Source of the DNA: Candidatus Fermentibacterota bacterium
Lineage (GTDB): Bacteria > JAFGKV01
Assembly (NCBI GenBank): GCA_016928395.1
Contig: JAFGKV010000144.1
Location: 1-48,437, forward strand
Length of the DNA stretch: 48,437 bases
Direction: 5' to 3'
The notes below the pieces were generated by a model. It saw only the letters and a program-made list of their open reading frames with translations. It made no database searches and was not told where the DNA came from. Below, in pieces: positions 47,417-48,437 of this stretch. Made by a program: the position numbers and the translations under genes. Within the stretch, counting starts at the first letter, position 1. Each line of letters opens with the position of its first letter.

Positions 47417-47470
47417 GTAGGGGCGAGGCTATGACCTTGCCCGCGGGCGGAGTCAGAGCTCCGCCCCTAC
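47417..47470. repeat. Inverted doublet of GTAG-type REP palindromes (REPIN-like)
   Basis: GTAGGGGCGAGGCTATGACCTTGCCC (47417-47442) facing GTAGGGGCGGAGCTCTGACTCCGCCC (minus strand, 47445-47470). Confidence 0.75.
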
Positions 47471-47505
47471 AGGGCAACGGTGCGGTGCACGCCCATTCGA
47501 GGCAC

Positions 47506-48437
47506 CTAAGAGCTTCCCACCAGGCCAACCGCGTCCAGCAGCCGGCGCCTGAATTCATCTGAGTTGAAGTCGGCGGCGCGGCGGCGAGCCTCATGCCGAA
47601 GCGGTTCCAGCGCCCCCGGGCTCGTAATGAGGGCGTGGCTCTGCCGAACCAGGTCAGCAGGCGAGTCCCACAGGCAGCCTGACACATTGTCGGCCACGAT
47701 CTCGCGCAAACCGCCTCCGTTCACCACCAGGGGGACACACCAGTGACCCATAGCCTCCACCGTACTCATCCCGAAATGCTCCATCCTCTCGGGATCCGTT
47801 TCCTCGTTGGCGCCATACCCCGCAGCGTGCCAGAACAAGGCGGCTTTAGAGTAGAGACGCCCAAGCTCCTGGTGCGGGCAGTTAACGTGAAACCCGACCG
47901 GATAGCCAGCGGCCCGACGACGAAGATCCTCGAGATACGTGCGGGACACCACGTCGTCCGAAGAACCTCCCGCCAGGTGCAGCTCCCATCCCTTGTCTTC
48001 TAGGGAATCGTAGAGGTCCTTGAATGCGTCGACGAGCACGTCGTGGCGTTTGTCATTGTATGGCCCACGAAAAAAACGGCCGACACCCAGGATCGCCTTC
48101 TCCTTCGCCATGCTGCCCTCCACCGGAACCTCGACGCCGGGATAGATCACATGAGACTCAATGCCATGATGCCTCCTGAGCACCCCCTGCACGAACCGGG
48201 AGTACACGATCACGGCCTCGGCCCGTCGGGCATCACGAAGAAGCAGCCGGCGGCCCAATTGCTTGAGCGCCTCACGCGGGCCTTTGCTACAGGCCGTGCG
48301 GACGATGTCGCTGGGCCTGAGGGGACCATACGGAATCTGCACCACATACAGGGTGCGCCGCGCGGGGTTACCCAATGGCCACACATTGGCGGTAATGACG
48401 GCCATATCGGCCCGGGAGAGACGTCGGCGAATCCTGC
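47506..48437 (-). CDS. GT4 family glycosyltransferase, 5'-truncated by the window edge
   Basis: VIYPGV, ILGVGRF, KRHDVLVDAF, EHFGMSTVEAM, GGLREIV. Confidence 0.9.
   Translation of the reverse strand, partial: RIRRRLSRADMAVITANVWPLGNPARRTLYVVQIPYGPLRPSDIVRTACSKGPREALKQLGRRLLLRDARRAEAVIVYSRFVQGVLRRHHGIESHVIYPGVEVPVEGSMAKEKAILGVGRFFRGPYNDKRHDVLVDAFKDLYDSLEDKGWELHLAGGSSDDVVSRTYLEDLRRRAAGYPVGFHVNCPHQELGRLYSKAALFWHAAGYGANEETDPERMEHFGMSTVEAMGHWCVPLVVNGGGLREIVADNVSGCLWDSPADLVRQSHALITSPGALEPLRHEARRRAADFNSDEFRRRLLDAVGLVGSS

Overview
GC-rich bacterial chromosomal window with about 36 protein-coding genes and no rRNA, tRNA, CRISPR array or transposase that I can support. Two secreted proteins carry T9SS/FlgD-like C-terminal domains, suggesting an FCB-group lineage (inference). 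The standout is a gene the ORF track splits: 1799-3178 reads as one 459-aa exported protein only if the in-frame TGA at 1949-1951 is decoded as selenocysteine (EPCG-U, a CxU motif, with a SECIS-like hairpin downstream). That gives a UshA/5'-nucleotidase-like selenoprotein fused to a four-CxxCH cytochrome c domain, just upstream of a lone gspE-F-G trio. Other points of interest: 16-bp purine-rich tandem arrays on both sides of an isochorismatase gene; a diverged ~400-bp non-coding element present twice in inverted orientation (10575-10975 and 46945-47352); REP-like palindromes; an ICL/PEPM-lyase + LeuC/LeuD-like operon; a tricorn protease-polyferredoxin-HMA operon; an SplB-like radical SAM with CX5CX2C; a cyclase-STAND-TPR protein; and a TPR-HD-GYP gene converging on an ECF sigma/anti-sigma pair. 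All family calls come from motif recognition by eye, not database searches.
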